Source of the DNA: Podarcis cretensis
Taxonomy: Eukaryota
DNA: 64,000 nt
Reading direction: 5' to 3'
Assembly: GCA_951804945.1 (NCBI GenBank)
Contig: OX638154.1
Coordinates: 22,196,001 to 22,260,000, forward strand
The position numbers and the translations under genes were made by a program. Under the pieces are notes generated by a model that was not told the DNA's origin, searched no databases, and was given only the letters and a program-made list of their open reading frames with translations. Below are positions 37,968 through 53,491 of this stretch, one piece after another. Every line of letters begins with the position of its first letter. Within the stretch, counting starts at the first letter, position 1.

Positions 37968-38059
37968 AGCCGCCCAGAGTGGCTGGGGAAACCCAGCCAG
38001 ATGGGCGGGGTATAAATTTTATTATTATTGTTGTTGTTGTTGTTGTTGTTGTTGTTATT
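37968..38059 (+). mobile_element. Extremely 5'-truncated L2 insertion (3' stem-loop plus microsatellite tail only)
   Basis: AGCCGCCCAGAGTGGCTGGGGAAACCCAGCCAGATGGGCGGGGTA is the reverse complement of 16078-16122; followed by (TTA)/(TTG)n. Confidence 0.85.
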
Positions 38060-38731
38060 ATAATAACATATTTTGAACACATGCTGCTGGAACTGCAGAG
38101 GTGTTGGAATCATGTGTTTCTTTGGAGTTGACATGGGTTTAGCTATTTTAAGTGTTTTTTTATTCCTGCACGATTACTTTCTTTGCAAAGATATTAAAGG
38201 CAGAAAAAGTAAAAAAATAATTTCTATTGTGAACAAACATGTCCTGTTTCTTTTGGGCTTTTATTGAATGTGCTCATATACAAAATGGCTAAAGACCAAA
38301 ATATGCTTTGCTTTGAAGCCAACTTCCACTGTTAATTAATTTAGAATCAATGTTTTCTGAAGTGATAGCTGAGCAACTATTGAGTTGACCCAGTTGTCTT
38401 TTAAAAATATGTTAATGATTTTGAGCAAGAAGGACTAGCATTGGAAGGGTAAAGGGTCAACATATATTTAAAGCATTTTATCTGAGCTGAAAGGACTCCC
38501 TAAACTTCTGGAAGCTAAATGACAAAGAAGTCTGCCCTCAGACTTGTAATCTAAAAGAAAAGCCATGTAAAGGGAAATAAGCTAACACAAGCATATATTT
38601 TTAAAGGTACAAAGTTCTAGTAATAACAAATTTGAATAGAAGCAGAGCAGGAAGATATTCTTTTCTCCATCTCTCGCTTGGCTAGCCTGATGGAATGGCA
38701 CATTTTTCCAGACAGATACTTGAGAGGTATA

Positions 38732-38960
38732 CAGTGGTACCTTGGTTTGCATACATTTTGGATTAGAAACACGTCAAACCTGGAAGTGCGTGTCCCGGTT
38801 TGCAACCTTTTTTGGGAATACAACCCATCTTTTTTGGATTACGAACAATTTTTTTTTTTTTTGAGGCCCCATTGGCAAAAGCGCACCTTGGGTTACAACC
38901 TGTTTTGGTTTACAAACGGACCTCCGGAACGGATTATGGTTGTAAACCAAGGTACCACTG
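38732..38960. mobile_element. Tigger/pogo-like MITE, TA TSD
   Basis: TA|CAGTGGTACCTTGGTTTGCA ... TGTAAACCAAGGTACCACTG|TA. Confidence 0.85.
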
Positions 38961-39576
38961 TATGTCCTCTCCCTTCCCCTTCTAATTTTTTCACAAATGT
39001 GCACATGGTTTACTACTGTCCTGCACCTTCCTGTTCAAACATTCACACATTTAAAGCACATGAAATGTCGGGAAGCTTATGTTTATATAACTATTGATTG
39101 TATAAATACAAATAAGTTAAATTCAGATTTTTCTGGTGAAGGTTGTCCGATAGAGTCATCTGCCCCATAAATATAGTTAATTATGCTTATCTATGTACCA
39201 TTGCAGCTAATGCAAGTTTCTTTCCCAATGCAAGTATCGGATGTGGTGTAGGGTGTCTGATATATTTCTGGACAATGGGTTGATTCTCCCCTCAACCCAC
39301 CCATGGTATTTGCTTAAAAAACACACACAAGTATACAGTTACTAACTGCATCTAGTTTGGTCCTAATTAAAGTCCATTAAAGTACATCTATGCTGAAACA
39401 ACTGTACTTGCCTGAGGGAGATATATGTTGCTCTGGTTTCAAATGCTTATTATGTACTGAATGAGAGAAGTCATCTGAATTAATATTAGGTGGGCTGTAT
39501 CAAATGCTGGTGGGGGCTGGTTGGTCATGTTTGATCATCATATTTATTTTAAAATACAAATTTGTTTTGAAACCAA

Positions 39577-39708
39577 NNNNNNNNNNNNNNNNNNNNNNNN
39601 NNNNNNNNNNNNNNNNNNNNNNNNNNNNNNNNNNNNNNNNNNNNNNNNNNNNNNNNNNNNNNNNNNNNNNNNNNNNNNNNNNNNNNNNNNNNNNNNNNNN
39701 NNNNNNNN
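39577..39708. other. Assembly gap (132 N) covering the acceptor and 5' part of the PHD exon
   Basis: Run of N directly abutting in-frame (T)GT CAT CGG GAA. Confidence 0.98.
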
Positions 39709-39998
<290 letters not shown>

Positions 39999-41092
39999 TG
40001 ATTAATGTTTCTCTCCACCCTTATCACCTACATCCTCTTTGTTCACTGTGTCTTGTACCACTGTATGGGGATGGCAGGGGCATTTGTGTCCATTTGCGCC
40101 TCCTGAGCGACACTTAGCTTGTTGTGGTGAAAGCAGTTTACGTATGATATCTTCCTCGCATCACTTTGGTGTGTGCAAGGCCAGTTGTATGATTCCTTTC
40201 TGCCTTATTCTTTCCCTGCTGGGAAGGATTAGCCTTCCCTACCTGTTTTCTTCATTCAGATACTTACTGAGGCAATATAAAAAAAAACTTCACAGGGAAG
40301 CAGGTTCCAGACCACTAGCATGAAGTATGAATGGGGATTTAGTCATTGCCTCTGAGATTATTAGTATAAAGAGCAAAGAAGAAAAAAAACTTGGCAAAGT
40401 AATACTGTACAGGATAGATACCAGCAATCATTCTAGGTATGGCAAGACTGCTAGCCTTGCACACCAACAGGTAGATGCCTCAGTATAATGAAAAATGGTA
40501 CACTTCATTTAGAAAGAGTGTAATTATAGTCCTCTACATTTGGAAGCATTTTCAGTTTTATTTGTTAGGGGGAAAATAGAGGACCTAAATAGGTTATTTG
40601 GAGTGATTATTGCCACTCACACAGATTCCATTATCCTCTATGGCACCATGATTCTTTCCTGTTAACCACAATTCTCTGGTTCACAATCTTCCTTCCTGTC
40701 CAAGACAAGTGGTGCAAAATCCTAAACTCCTTGGGCATAATGTTGGAAATAAGGAAGATTTGGGCAAGTGCCCAGCCACATTTAACTTCAGGATTCATAA
40801 TTCAGTAGCATTTGGGGGGGTCAGTCAGAAACTGCCAGCAAAGCCAGCCTGTCTTCATCCTCCCCCATCCACACGTGAATCTTTTTAGGGTACCATTTCT
40901 GAACCAATAGGACATTTTCATGAACACAGGACTGTTGCAATATTCATTGCACCACTTAAGGGAAAATTAATTATCAACACCCATGTCTGCATGTGGCATT
41001 AAACTTCATGATCCACAATAATGAAGGGGTGATGGGGTGCTCATCTGCACGCATTTTGCAATTTTTTCAGTATTTTCAATCTTTACTTTTAG

Positions 41093-41260
<168 letters not shown>

Positions 41261-41982
41261 TAGATTTCTGACTACATGTAAAGCTCCCCAGAATTGTCCT
41301 ACCCTATCTAATGTATAGTGGAAAAAATTGGTTTCCTGCCACCATGGGGGGGGGGGGGAGGGAGAAGGCATTTACTATTAAGACCAGCAGACTGCCATCT
41401 ATAATTTCATGGCAGATGTTTGTTCACAAGATGTTGGTTTATGTCTAACTTGCACAATCACTTTTGAACAAATCTTTAGCCAATTATATAAAAGAATTTA
41501 GATGATTTGATATCTATACATTTAAAAGAGTAAAAACAATAGTTCTGAAGTGAAAGGCAAGCTTTCTTTGTTTTAGATTATTTATCTCTCTGTCATAGCA
41601 TGTAAAATTTTAAAGGTGGTATTCCCCTATTCCCCCATTTCTCTCACTGGAGGCACTTAGTTGTATCCAACTGAGTTATGTTCAGAGTACACCCATTGAA
41701 ATCAATGGGCTTAAGTTAGTCTATTGATTTCAGTGGTCTGTTCAGAGCATGATTGAATTGGATGCAACCCGATGGTTCTAAAATATCCTTGCCACTTGCT
41801 GTTTTTATGAGGACTTGTACTACTGTTGCTTTTGCTTATGCTAAATAATATTAGATAATGTGTCATCAGCCTGTTTGGGCAATTTTTTACTTTGACAAAA
41901 GTTTTAATTGATTAGTTGAAACCAGTTTTAATGCAATAAATGTTGCAGTCCTGACTCTCTATTTTTGCCTTTATTTAAACAG

Positions 41983-42075
41983 ACAGAGCCATTTCAAAAG
42001 CCAGTTTCACTTGATCAGCATCCAGATTATGCAGAATACATATTTCATCCAATGGACCTTTGTACATTAGAAAAG
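41983..42075 (+). CDS. ZMYND8: ZMYND8 exon 6 (bromodomain: [31 protein letters not shown])
   Basis: AAACAG| ... AAG|GTTGGT; 31 codons. Confidence 0.96.
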
Positions 42076-42248
42076 GTTGGTTGATAGCAAGGAGAAAAAT
42101 CCTATTTAATTCTACTAGATTGTTGTTACTGTGCTCATAACTATATGTATTGTCTCATTCTAAAATCCACGCAGTTTTGCCTTTAGATGATGAGCAAGCT
42201 TGCCCAATAGCTATACTGGAAATATTGGCCTTTATTATCCTTTGTGCT

Positions 42249-42250
<2 letters not shown>

Positions 42251-42286
<36 letters not shown>

Positions 42287-42345
42287 CATTATTATTATTT
42301 TATCCACCCTTAACCACAAGGTCCCAGGACAGGTTATAGCAATTT
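42251..42345 (-). repeat. (ATT)n microsatellite, probably the tail of a short LINE/SINE 3' end
   Basis: (ATT)n at 42251-42298 followed by a short L2-like 3'-end sequence. Confidence 0.6.
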
Positions 42346-43028
42346 AAAACACTAATATTAAAACACAATATTAAAAACAGCTTAAAACAACTTAAAATTA
42401 CAAAAATAAGGTGGGTGTTGGTCTTGCTGCTGTGCTAACTTCTCTATTATTTTATCTCTTTGTTGTCAGTAACTATTTTCTTTTAGAACACAACAAACCT
42501 GTTTCCCCCTCTTTTTATATGGGTGAAAATTTGCGTCACAATAATTTTTTAAAGAGTTTATTTTGCCCCCATCTTACTGGGGTTTCCTTCTTTGTGTTAC
42601 AACTTTTATCCTGTATTATATGCATACCATTTAGAGGTTTAGTGAATAAACAATATATAAATCCGTTTAAATAAATAAATATATCCAGATATAACTATTA
42701 TTTCCCACAGCCTATAAGAGCCATGCTCTTTCTAGATGTATTCTCGCATGACAGCAAACCATGATTAATGGTTTGCTATGAATGCACAGATAGGTCTTCC
42801 TTCACCCTGCCTTGCTAGTATTTGAGTGAAACAACCACAATTTTTGTCTTAGTATTTATGTCTGAACCAGGGGCTGTGGTTTGTTTCACTCCCAACAGCT
42901 ATGATTGATAAGCCAAGAAAAAATTTTTGCTTCAGATTGTGGTTTTGTTTGGGGGTTGCAATTGTTCCACTCCAATTTGTAGGTAATGCCAATCCAGGCA
43001 CTGTGGTTCTTGCTCCCATTCTCTAGTA

Positions 43029-43356
43029 CAGTGGTGTCCCGCAAGACAAACGCCTCGCAAGACGGAAAACCCGCTAGATGAAAGGGTTTTCCGTTTTGGA
43101 GGCGCTTCGCAAAACGAATTTCCCTATGGGCTTGCTTCGCAAAACGAAAATGTCTTGCGAGTTCCTGCAGGGTTTTTTCCCCTCCCCCCCCTTTTCCTAA
43201 GCCCTAAGCCGCTTATCAGCTGATCCGCTAAAAGCCGCTAAACCGCTAATAGCGCTAATCCGCTAAGCTGTCAATGGGCTTGTTTCGCAAGATGAAAAAA
43301 CCGCTATACGAAGAGCCTCACGGAACGGATTAATTTCGTCTTGCGAGGCACCACTG
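43029..43356. mobile_element. Tigger/pogo-like MITE, same family as 36278-36572
   Basis: TA|CAGTGGTGTCCCGCAAGAC ... GTCTTGCGAGGCACCACTG|TA. Confidence 0.88.
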
Positions 43357-44066
43357 TAAGGAGGAGTGAAGCAGGAGTGAACAGCTTGTCCATGGTGAAC
43401 TGTTGTCATTATTTGTTTGTTTGTTTGTTTGTTTATCCATGTTAACCATGGCTTACTGTGACACATGGACACAACTTCTGTTTCTCCCATATCTGTCATG
43501 TGCCTCAACAGTTACAAACTATTAAGGTTAATTTGATGGAATTTAGGAGAATATGGCAGATTCTGGAAACAGGCATAAACGGCCCCGTTGTAGATGAATT
43601 TTCTCTATTTTTAAAATGGCTGCAAACTGCACTAGAATGTCCAGTTTACAAAATGTTGACAATTTTGAGGATGGCTTTCTTAACTATTAATACCAATTTT
43701 ATTGCCAACATTTTAAAAATTGTGATCCTACTCCACCAATATTTTGTTGAGCTGTCTTCTACCTGATTTTGTATATGAAACAGAAATTACCTTAGCAGCA
43801 ATTGTTTTGAGTATCTTGGGACTTCTAAAACTCTTAGTCATAGTATGCTATTTTGATATGCAAATAAATTACATTTGTGTCAAATTAGGGTAAAGTTGAT
43901 TATGTCAACTAAGTTCTTGACTATGAACAAACTAAAACACTTTTGATAGTAATCTCACTTTTGGTAAAATCTAGGTACAGCTTTTCATTAATATGTATGG
44001 AATAAAATGTGAACTTAGTTTCTGGATTTTCAAATTCCAATACATTTTTTATATTTTCTTTTGCAG

Positions 44067-44154
44067 AATGTTAAAAAGAAGATGTATGGATGCACAGAAG
44101 CTTTTTTGGCTGATGCCAAATGGATTTTGCACAATTGCATTATTTACAATGGAG
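44067..44154 (+). CDS. ZMYND8: ZMYND8 exon 7 (bromodomain: [29 protein letters not shown])
   Basis: TTGCAG| ... GGA G|GTAAGT; conserved YN acetyl-lysine pocket residues. Confidence 0.96.
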
Positions 44155-44680
44155 GTAAGTATGTGTAAGATGATAAACTGTATCATTTGATCATGAGGCC
44201 ACATTATGGTAATGCCACAACAAATGGCAGGCGAAGCATCCATAAATAAGAACTTGAAATCTAAATAAGTTGAGGGATTTAAACTCCAAGAAAGAAGATA
44301 TTTCTAGTTGATTTTTTCATACTGGCATGACTTAAAATATATGTTAAGTTGGTTTGCTTTGTATGAGACTAAGTTAAAAAATGTGGTTCTGAAATGCAGA
44401 ATGCTAACACTAAAAGGGACTTCTATCCAATAATTACTATTTAAAGAGAGGATTCTTTCCAAAATGTTGTGGCCATGTTATGCCTGGGTTCAGGAAAGGA
44501 TGAAAGCCTTATTTTTGCAAACCGTTCTTTGTTCTGTTAGTTTTCAATATACCAATAATTTCCCTTTAATAAATATTTTGAATACCAACCAATAGAAATA
44601 TTTATTATAGATTGTAGTACAAATAACATGTCTTTACAATGGAGATTTTATTAGACATCTCTGCTTATCTGTTTCCTCAG

Positions 44681-44736
44681 GAAATCACAAATTAACACAA
44701 ACAGCGAAAGTCATAATCAAAATCTGTGAGCATGAG
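44681..44736 (+). CDS. ZMYND8: ZMYND8 exon 8 (GNHKLTQTAKVIIKICEHE)
   Basis: CCTCAG| ... GAG|GTATGT. Confidence 0.95.
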
Positions 44737-45000
44737 GTATGTATTACTTAGTTAGCTTTCATACTGTATACATATTTTCACAGTAGTAAGTTCCAATGAG
44801 ACTTGCTCTCACTTTAATCAGGATTGCAGCCTTAGTATGCTTAGTATGCTTAAATTTCAGAATTCTCAGACTGGCAGAATGTATTATTCTCTGCAGTAGA
44901 AAATTATGAATGACTGCTCTTCTTACTCTGGATTCCTTCTAATAGAACAGTTGGAATAATTAAAATTGAATAACACACTCCCAACTCCTACAGTAGCTGA

Positions 45001-45174
<174 letters not shown>

Positions 45175-46510
45175 TAAGTGACCTAGAGAAATCTACTTTA
45201 GTTTATAAGTATGCATTTTTAAGCTACATTTGATGTGTAAATCCAAAAGTTGAATTTGTTCATGGTCCTCCTCCTCCTTGGCAGACCCAAGCACTCCAGC
45301 CTTTTGTGAAAAACGGAATTTTGCTAAAACATCCAGTCCTTAAAAATCAGTCTTCAGTTTTGCACTTGAGTTCAGTTTTAATTTATGTGAATTAAATGTC
45401 AAATATATGGTTTGATTGTCAATGTGCAAACTACTTCAGCAGGTAACAGAAACTTAATGTAGTGGCCAAGAGTACAAGCACAGTTCAAATTCTCAGCCAC
45501 TGTCTCTTGTAGGGACTTCGGTAAGCAAGCAACCGAGAATCAAAAACAGCCATAAAGAAAAAGTTTTTGGGTTCCTAACAAATTTTGAGATAGGGCATTT
45601 CTTTCAGTACATATCTGCTTTGGTGAACTGAAAGAAATTTCCCCAAGCAGTCCTATTAAGAAGCATTGAAAGAAATTCATTTGTTAAATATGTTTTCTTG
45701 AAATGCATTGGGAAACCTAATCACCTGTACGGCTATCTTTCCCATTTTAACACCTTGACAAGCCCCTGGTCTCCGTCTCTTTAATTCTCCTGCCCTCTAA
45801 TATGCAATACATGGATAATGGAAAAGCCTACTTTAAATGACTGTTGTAATAGAGACTGAAGTAAAGGCCTCAGTTCTGCGTTACATAGTCTGAAATAAAT
45901 AATGGTTCACTGTACCTTCATTCTCATGTAACTCAAGCCAAACCTTGACTTAGCACAAACAAGTAGGCTCCTGAAACAGAGATCATACCTGCTTTACTCC
46001 TCTCCAGTCATTTTGCTGTTGTCCGGAGCTAAGCCATCGCTTTGCTCGGCATCTTGTCTGAATTCAGGCTTGTGGTTTAATGCTCTCCATACAAACCATG
46101 AGTGTTGTTCGTCTTGTTTTCATGGAGATTCAGCAAACCCCATTCCAAGCAACTTCCAGAAGTGATGCAAAACTTTCAATGTTGGGTGAGTTTTGCTAGC
46201 TATAGAAATAAAATAATTTCTAGGGCAAGCCTTCTGAATTCCCCTCACTACCACCACAAACAGGACTGAGATTTCAAGGAAAGGCAAGACAAGCATTTCT
46301 CTTCATAACATACAAAGAATGGGAAAACTTAAAACTGTTCAATTATCTGGACAAACACTACCCTTTCTGCATAAGGAAGCTACATTGCAATATCTGAAAT
46401 ATGCAATCCATATCATATCTTAAAGTATTGTCTTGCATGCCAATAATTAGAAAGTACTACATGTCTTTAAATAGTTTCTCACTGTGTGGTCTCTGTGCAC
46501 TTTCCTCTAG

Positions 46511-46675
<165 letters not shown>

Positions 46676-48135
46676 TAAAATATATATCTATTACCACACA
46701 GTGGTTGCTATTGCATAGTTCACATGTTATTATTCTGCTTTGTAGTGCTTCATATTAGTAGCATGTATAGTACATTCCATTTCCCCATTAATTATCATAT
46801 TTTTATGTCTCATACCAACTGGTTGCCACCATGGCAATGTAAGCTTACTAAACATATTTTGAATATGTAAAGTTAATCAAGATGTTGTTTTTGTATACAC
46901 AACATCGAGGCAATGTTTTACTCCAGTAGCATTTACTCTCTGGGACATTATAAAGCCTATGCTAAATTTTGTGGCGGGGTAACGGATCATCATTAGATCA
47001 AACTATGTTTTTCTGCCTTATACACATTATGTAGTTACTCTAACATTTTAGCATCACTGTAATGTTGTTAATAGAGGGGGGGGTCACAAAAAAGCAACTT
47101 CGTAACATATAAACTTGAAAGACAAATATGTTGATGCTCCATGAGAATTTGTGTGATGTGGGGGCTCAGCCTTCATTTCCCCTTGAAACTGGAGCATAAA
47201 ATTGATGGTGTGTGAATGGTGGAAGCAGCTGCTAAACTGAGTGCTTCAGCACTACAGAGCAAAGTTTCAAGGATGGCTATATTAGAACCCCTAAATTTGA
47301 AAAGACAGGTAGGGATACATGTTACATTGAGGAGAGTTACTTTTCCCCATTGCTTTCATTGAACCTGGGTGGGGACCCTGGCTTCCCCAATGACACATTT
47401 TCACCCACCAACTATTTATCATGCTCTATACCTGCAGAAATGCTTTGTGTATGTGCTACTCTCTCAGAAGGAGGTATGGCAACATTCTTTCAAAAAAGAA
47501 AGTAATACTATTAGTATTTTACTGTGTACCTGGGGAATCCCCCCACCCTCCACCCCACAAAAGCATGCAGGAATTCCTACACTTCCTGTAGATGCCTGCT
47601 CTCACTGCCCTTTTGGTTACCATGGGGCCACCAAGTTTGCCAGTCAAAGAACTGATTGTGTGATAGTGTGGTATTCATGGTCTGTCATATGAACAGGTCT
47701 TAACAATCTAGTCCTACAACGTCATGTAAGTGCTTGTGGTGAGGTGTTTAATAAGTACAGTATATTAGTGCAGCGTTGCAAAAGACATGCCAACACTACA
47801 GGAAAATTACAGCCTGCTGGATAATAATTTCCTGGTTAATTGTGACTGAAAGTTCAGTGAGAAAGTGTTTTGAATGGCTCAGTGTCCCCTTTTTTGATTC
47901 TGTCAAATGTTGAATTTACTTAATCAAATTGTTTTGAAAGCAAAACATACACCTGGAATGGTTTTGTCTCAACTGCAGTATGTATTGCATAGACTGGAAG
48001 TATCCTTAAGTTTGTCCTAAATGAAGGTTTCAATCTCAAACACGCATAATTTTATGTAATTCATTCATAGGATTGTTATTCACATTCTAAACATACTTGA
48101 AGGTAAGACTTAGACACAATCTACATGAAATGTAA

Positions 48136-48750
<615 letters not shown>

Positions 48751-51700
48751 TAATCTGGTGTTCATTATCAAAATACTTGTAGGAGGTATTGTTGGACTCA
48801 GGTGCAGCTCTGCTCCTAAGCATCTGCACAGCTACCTTGGGAATAATTAAAAGATTGGGTCAAAGCCAGGAAGGTTGTTGCCCATGCTAATAGCAGAGGA
48901 TTTGTGTTAACTTCAAGGTGGGTCAAAGGCACCTGGGAAGAGTATCATTTAGGAAAGAATCCAGAGCAGTTGTTCAACAAAGGATGTCAGGTCAGACTGG
49001 CATTGCACTGGAGAACTAAGAACCAGGGAGGTGGGGCATGATCTGAGCATCTGGATCAGCAGGAACAGGTAGAAATGTGTTTCTGATACTTCGATGTGTT
49101 GATGGGATGAAAAGAAGGATGCTTTTTTTGGTCCAGAGGGTCAGGTTTTCATACTACCTTCTCTAGGTGCAATGGGGAATATGATGTCTTGGTGTCTCCT
49201 TGGATAGGAGCTATTGTTTAAAGTTACTGGAAGTGTCATTGCAAGGAACACATCAGTGGGACTGTGTAACTTTGGGAGGGGGTGTCTGCCCCAGTATCAG
49301 CAGTGGTTTGCAAGGAAGGCACCTACAATTCACAGAATACTGAATTTTGAAAGGTAGTGCAGAGTGACAAGTTAGGGACTAGAATACAAAGACCATTTTG
49401 CCATGGTGTTCTTTTATTTTTAGCCAGCTTTTAAAAATCTCTTCTAGAATTTAGCTTTACATGCTTACCATTAAGAGGCAAGGAAGCAACAATATCTAGC
49501 ACTATAAGCTATAAAAAAAAATTGCAAAAATAGATTGTGTATAACGCAAGTTGTTTACAGACTCTTCATTTACCCCCCAGGGCTTTTTATGTGTAGTGTC
49601 AGTATAGTACTTTACCAAAAAGCTGTATTAGATCCAATATTGGTATTCTAATTTGTTCATTCATGAATGTCTTCTCTCTTCATTAGGCATGGCTGAATTT
49701 TCTATTTGTTATGTTAATAACATCAGGAAGTTTTCTTAACATTTACTATTGTGCTAGGCTCTTGCATATTTGCTTAATTCTTTGCAAGAGTGACTGCTTT
49801 CCATTTTTAAAATATTACACAACTTCTTTTCATTTGAACATATAACATGAAGAATCTTGCTCTGCATTTAAAATTTGAATTGGAGGAGAATCAGATAATT
49901 TTTGAAGTTTATGATCATCTTCCTTTTTGGAATGTAGACCAAGTACCCAGTAATCTCTAATCTGCTGCCACCACCTACCAAGTTATAGAGAGCAATAGGA
50001 ATCTTCCTTTATTTGCTTAATTGTGCACATTAAAGTAAGCCTAAGGGGGAAATATATTATTTCTAGAATCAACCTAGACCAGAACACATAGATACATTTA
50101 AGAACCAGTAAACTTTATAAAATAAACAAGAAAAAATAGTTACTTAGTTATGAATAACATGTATTACTTCTAAATCCCTTTTTCAATATCTACCCTAACT
50201 GCCAGCCTTTCACCTATGCCTTTCCTCTCTGATCTTACCTGCTCACCATATTCTCTTAACTGTCCTTTCTCAGAACTCCTTCACTTGTAACTCACTCGGA
50301 TTCCTGCTATCACTCATCTTTCCACTCATTACTCTATTACAGAAACACTCTGAACTTGAGATCTTTACCTGGGGAGAAAATTATCTTGGACTTGGTATTG
50401 TGCAGTGTATCGGTGGCATGCATTTTCAAACATAAGGGCACGCCTGGCTTTTAATTGATTCATATATTAGGTATACTATGATGCACTGGACAAAATGGAA
50501 TTTTGAGCCTGAATGTGCCATTATTTGTTCTGGTAATGAAATCCGGGTTCTGGAAAGACATATTTTAGGCAGCAGTCCAAACCTCCGTAACTCTAGGATG
50601 AGGAGGCATCCCTCTACTTGCTTCTGCTGGCTCAACCAGTCTCCTGAAGAGGGACACTTGTGCTATTCTTGCCACCAACAGGGGTTGCACCTGATCTGTT
50701 GCCCTCCCCACCTTCTGCCACCATTGTAAGTGGGTGGGTTGCAGATACGTTGGAACTTCCAGAGAGCTGCAGCAGCAGGTTTGGATTGCAGTCTTAATGC
50801 TTTAAAATAGTCTCTTGCTCTGTGTTTGTGAGGCTTATGAAGGAAATTTGGGTTTGCCTCCAATTTTCAAGTTCCATGGACATTCAGTTCCCACTAACTC
50901 ATCCTCACTATTTCATATAAAGGGAAGAAAACAGGTGCAGATATTTCTATTGATGTGTATTCAGGACTGTGACCTGAAAGAATACAAACTTGGACCTGCA
51001 ACACACTGCAAAATTTTGTCCTTCCACATAAAAGAAGCTCCTGCTCGGGTTCCAGCCAGCCATTCTCTCCAAACGCATTTCTCCCTTCTCTCCCAGCCCA
51101 TTGTTCCATTTTTCTTTTTCAGATGTGATTCTTTATTCTATAAGTACTAAGCATGCTCAGTCCTCATTGGACTATTCATTTTGTTGCCACTTTAGTTTGC
51201 TTTTTTAAAAAAAAATACTTCTTCAGAGCATGGCATTCTTCCAAGCATGCTGATATCTCCTTGCTTCTCTGTGACCCTGTTTTGGCTACAGTCTTGTTGC
51301 TATTCTCCACCCGAGTTTGCTATTAGAAGAAGTGATGACATGAAGCATCTTAAATTTGAAGGCTAAATAGTATAATGAAAGATTTCTCTGCTTTGCAAAT
51401 ATTAATCTAGGGTTCTTTGGCTTAACTTGCTGGCAAAGGAGCATGTTAGAATTTGATAAATACTTGTTTGCAAGACATTCAATTTAAACTATCTTAATAA
51501 GTAAGTAAGCAAGCAAGCTAGCAAGCTGTAAAGCCTGTAGAGAAGCTCAGTCATGTTTCAAAATAGTTCATTTTGATTTAGCAAGTTGGAACAGTCTTGA
51601 GAATAATATGGTATAGGAAATCCACATACAGGTGAAATTTACCAGAATCTAAGGTGGGCAGAGATAAATGGGGAAGTAGTCCTAAAACTGGGTATTTCCT

Positions 51701-51755
51701 TTCCAAAGTGAAAGCTGGTAAGTTGATGGTATCTGAAAGCATTCCAAACTAATTA

Positions 51756-52921
51756 CCGTATTTTTCGCTCTATAACACGCACCTGACCATAACACGCACA
51801 TCGTTTTTAGAGGAGGAAAACAAGGGAAAAAACATTCTGAATGAAACAGTGGATGTATCATTTTTGTGCTTCATGCTGTGGCCACAGACATGTGATTTGA
51901 TGGTGAATTTGGGGTGACCCAATGCAAAAATCCTGAGAATCCCTGTGGATCCATGCTTTGTAACCACGTTTTTGCACCATTGCAGCCCCAGGCAACAGTG
52001 GGTGTGTGGTTTTTGGGGGGCAGGCTGTAGCCATGGACATGTTATGTGATCTGATGGTGAATTTGGGCTGACCCAATGCAAAGATCCTGAGGATCCATGT
52101 AGATCCATTCTTTTTAACCACGTTTTTGCACCATTGCAGCCCCAGGCAACAGTGGGTGCGTGATTTTGGGGGGGCAGGCTGTAACCATGGACATGCTATG
52201 TGATCTGATGGTGAATTTGGGGGGACTGAATGCAAAGATCCTGAGGATCCATGTGGATCCATGCTTTTTAACCACGTTTTTGCACCATTGCAGCCCCAGG
52301 CAACAGTGGGTGTGTGGTTTTTGGGGGGGCAGGCTGTAGCCATGGACATGCTATGTGATCTGATGGTGAATTTGGGCTGACCCAATGCAAAGATCCTGAG
52401 GATCCATGTGGATCCATGCTTTTTAACCACATTTTAAGTGGGGAGGGAAGGAAAAACACAGAAGGGACAAGGAGCAGGAGAGGGGTGTGCAGAGAAGCAG
52501 CTGGCTAAGAATGCAGGAGAGGGGTAGGGAGGAAAGGAAGGCAAAAGTTTTCTCTCACCTACCCACCCAAGCCAGCCAGCTCGCGCTCTCTCTCTCTTCC
52601 CTCCTGCATGTTTGCAGCTTTCCCCTCTGCTTGCCTGGAGGGGAGGGGCTTTCCCTGCTCTTTGTTCCGTTTCAGCAAACACAGCAAGGAAACAGAGGTG
52701 GATGGGCAGTAAGACCCTGAGGCAGAGTGCCGGAAAGCAGCCGCTTCCTCTTTTCAGGTTTCCCTTCTAGGAGACTCATGATTTGATTTTTGCCTGCTTT
52801 TTTTTGCCTCCCCTCGCACCAATTGGCTCCAGGGACCACACATTCGCTCAATAACACGCACAGACATTTCCCCTTCCTTTTTAGGAGAAAAAACCTGCGT
52901 GTTATAGAAGGAAAAATACGG
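51756..52921. mobile_element. Tc2/pogo-type non-autonomous DNA transposon with an internal 154-bp tandem array (~3.5 units)
   Basis: TA|CCGTATTTTTCGCTCTATAACACGCA ... TGCGTGTTATAGAAGGAAAAATACGG|TA; array at about 51890-52430. Confidence 0.88.
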
Positions 52922-53491
52922 TAGTTATCTATGTTAATCAACACATCATTGGTATAATTAATCTTCTTACTTGACATAATAAAAGAGAATTTTACTCTCA
53001 GTTGAAATTGTTTAAATAAATTCACATTTTTTGCACTCTTTTTATTCCAGTGCAGCTACTTAATAAGGGCCCTCATATTTTCCAATGCTTATGTTGTGGA
53101 AGGATTAGGGATGAATCAAGCAGCCTCCTGCTTTCCTGTTTCATTTCATTTTCACTGGCACTCCTGTCCCGTCCTACTGACTTTTCTGAAAGAACATGCA
53201 AAGTCTGCATTTAATTAGTACACATTTTGTATAAAATAAACATTTCCAGTGTATTTTCTCATAAAATGTATTTTTAATGTAAAATACTGATTTTTTGTGC
53301 TCTTTGCACACCTAATCTGCAATGCAAAATCCAGTAAGTGCAAACCACAACCTGGGTGGGGGGTGGGTTCCTGTTCAAAGCAAAAATGCTACAAATCCCA
53401 CAGAGTGGACCCAAGACCTTGGTCATACTTGAATAAGGGGTTTCAGTCATATTTTGAAATGGCAGTTATGTCAATTGTCTACTTTTGTTAG

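Noticed and set aside
44633-44644. TTTACAATGGAG identical to the end of exon 7, just upstream of exon 8
   Set aside because: Only 12 bp, no flanking homology or donor; likely chance.
51770-52682. Repetitive ORFs (MDPHGSSGSLHWVSPNSPSDH...) here and at 59888-61270
   Set aside because: By-products of the 154-bp tandem unit (not a multiple of 3); no protein motif.
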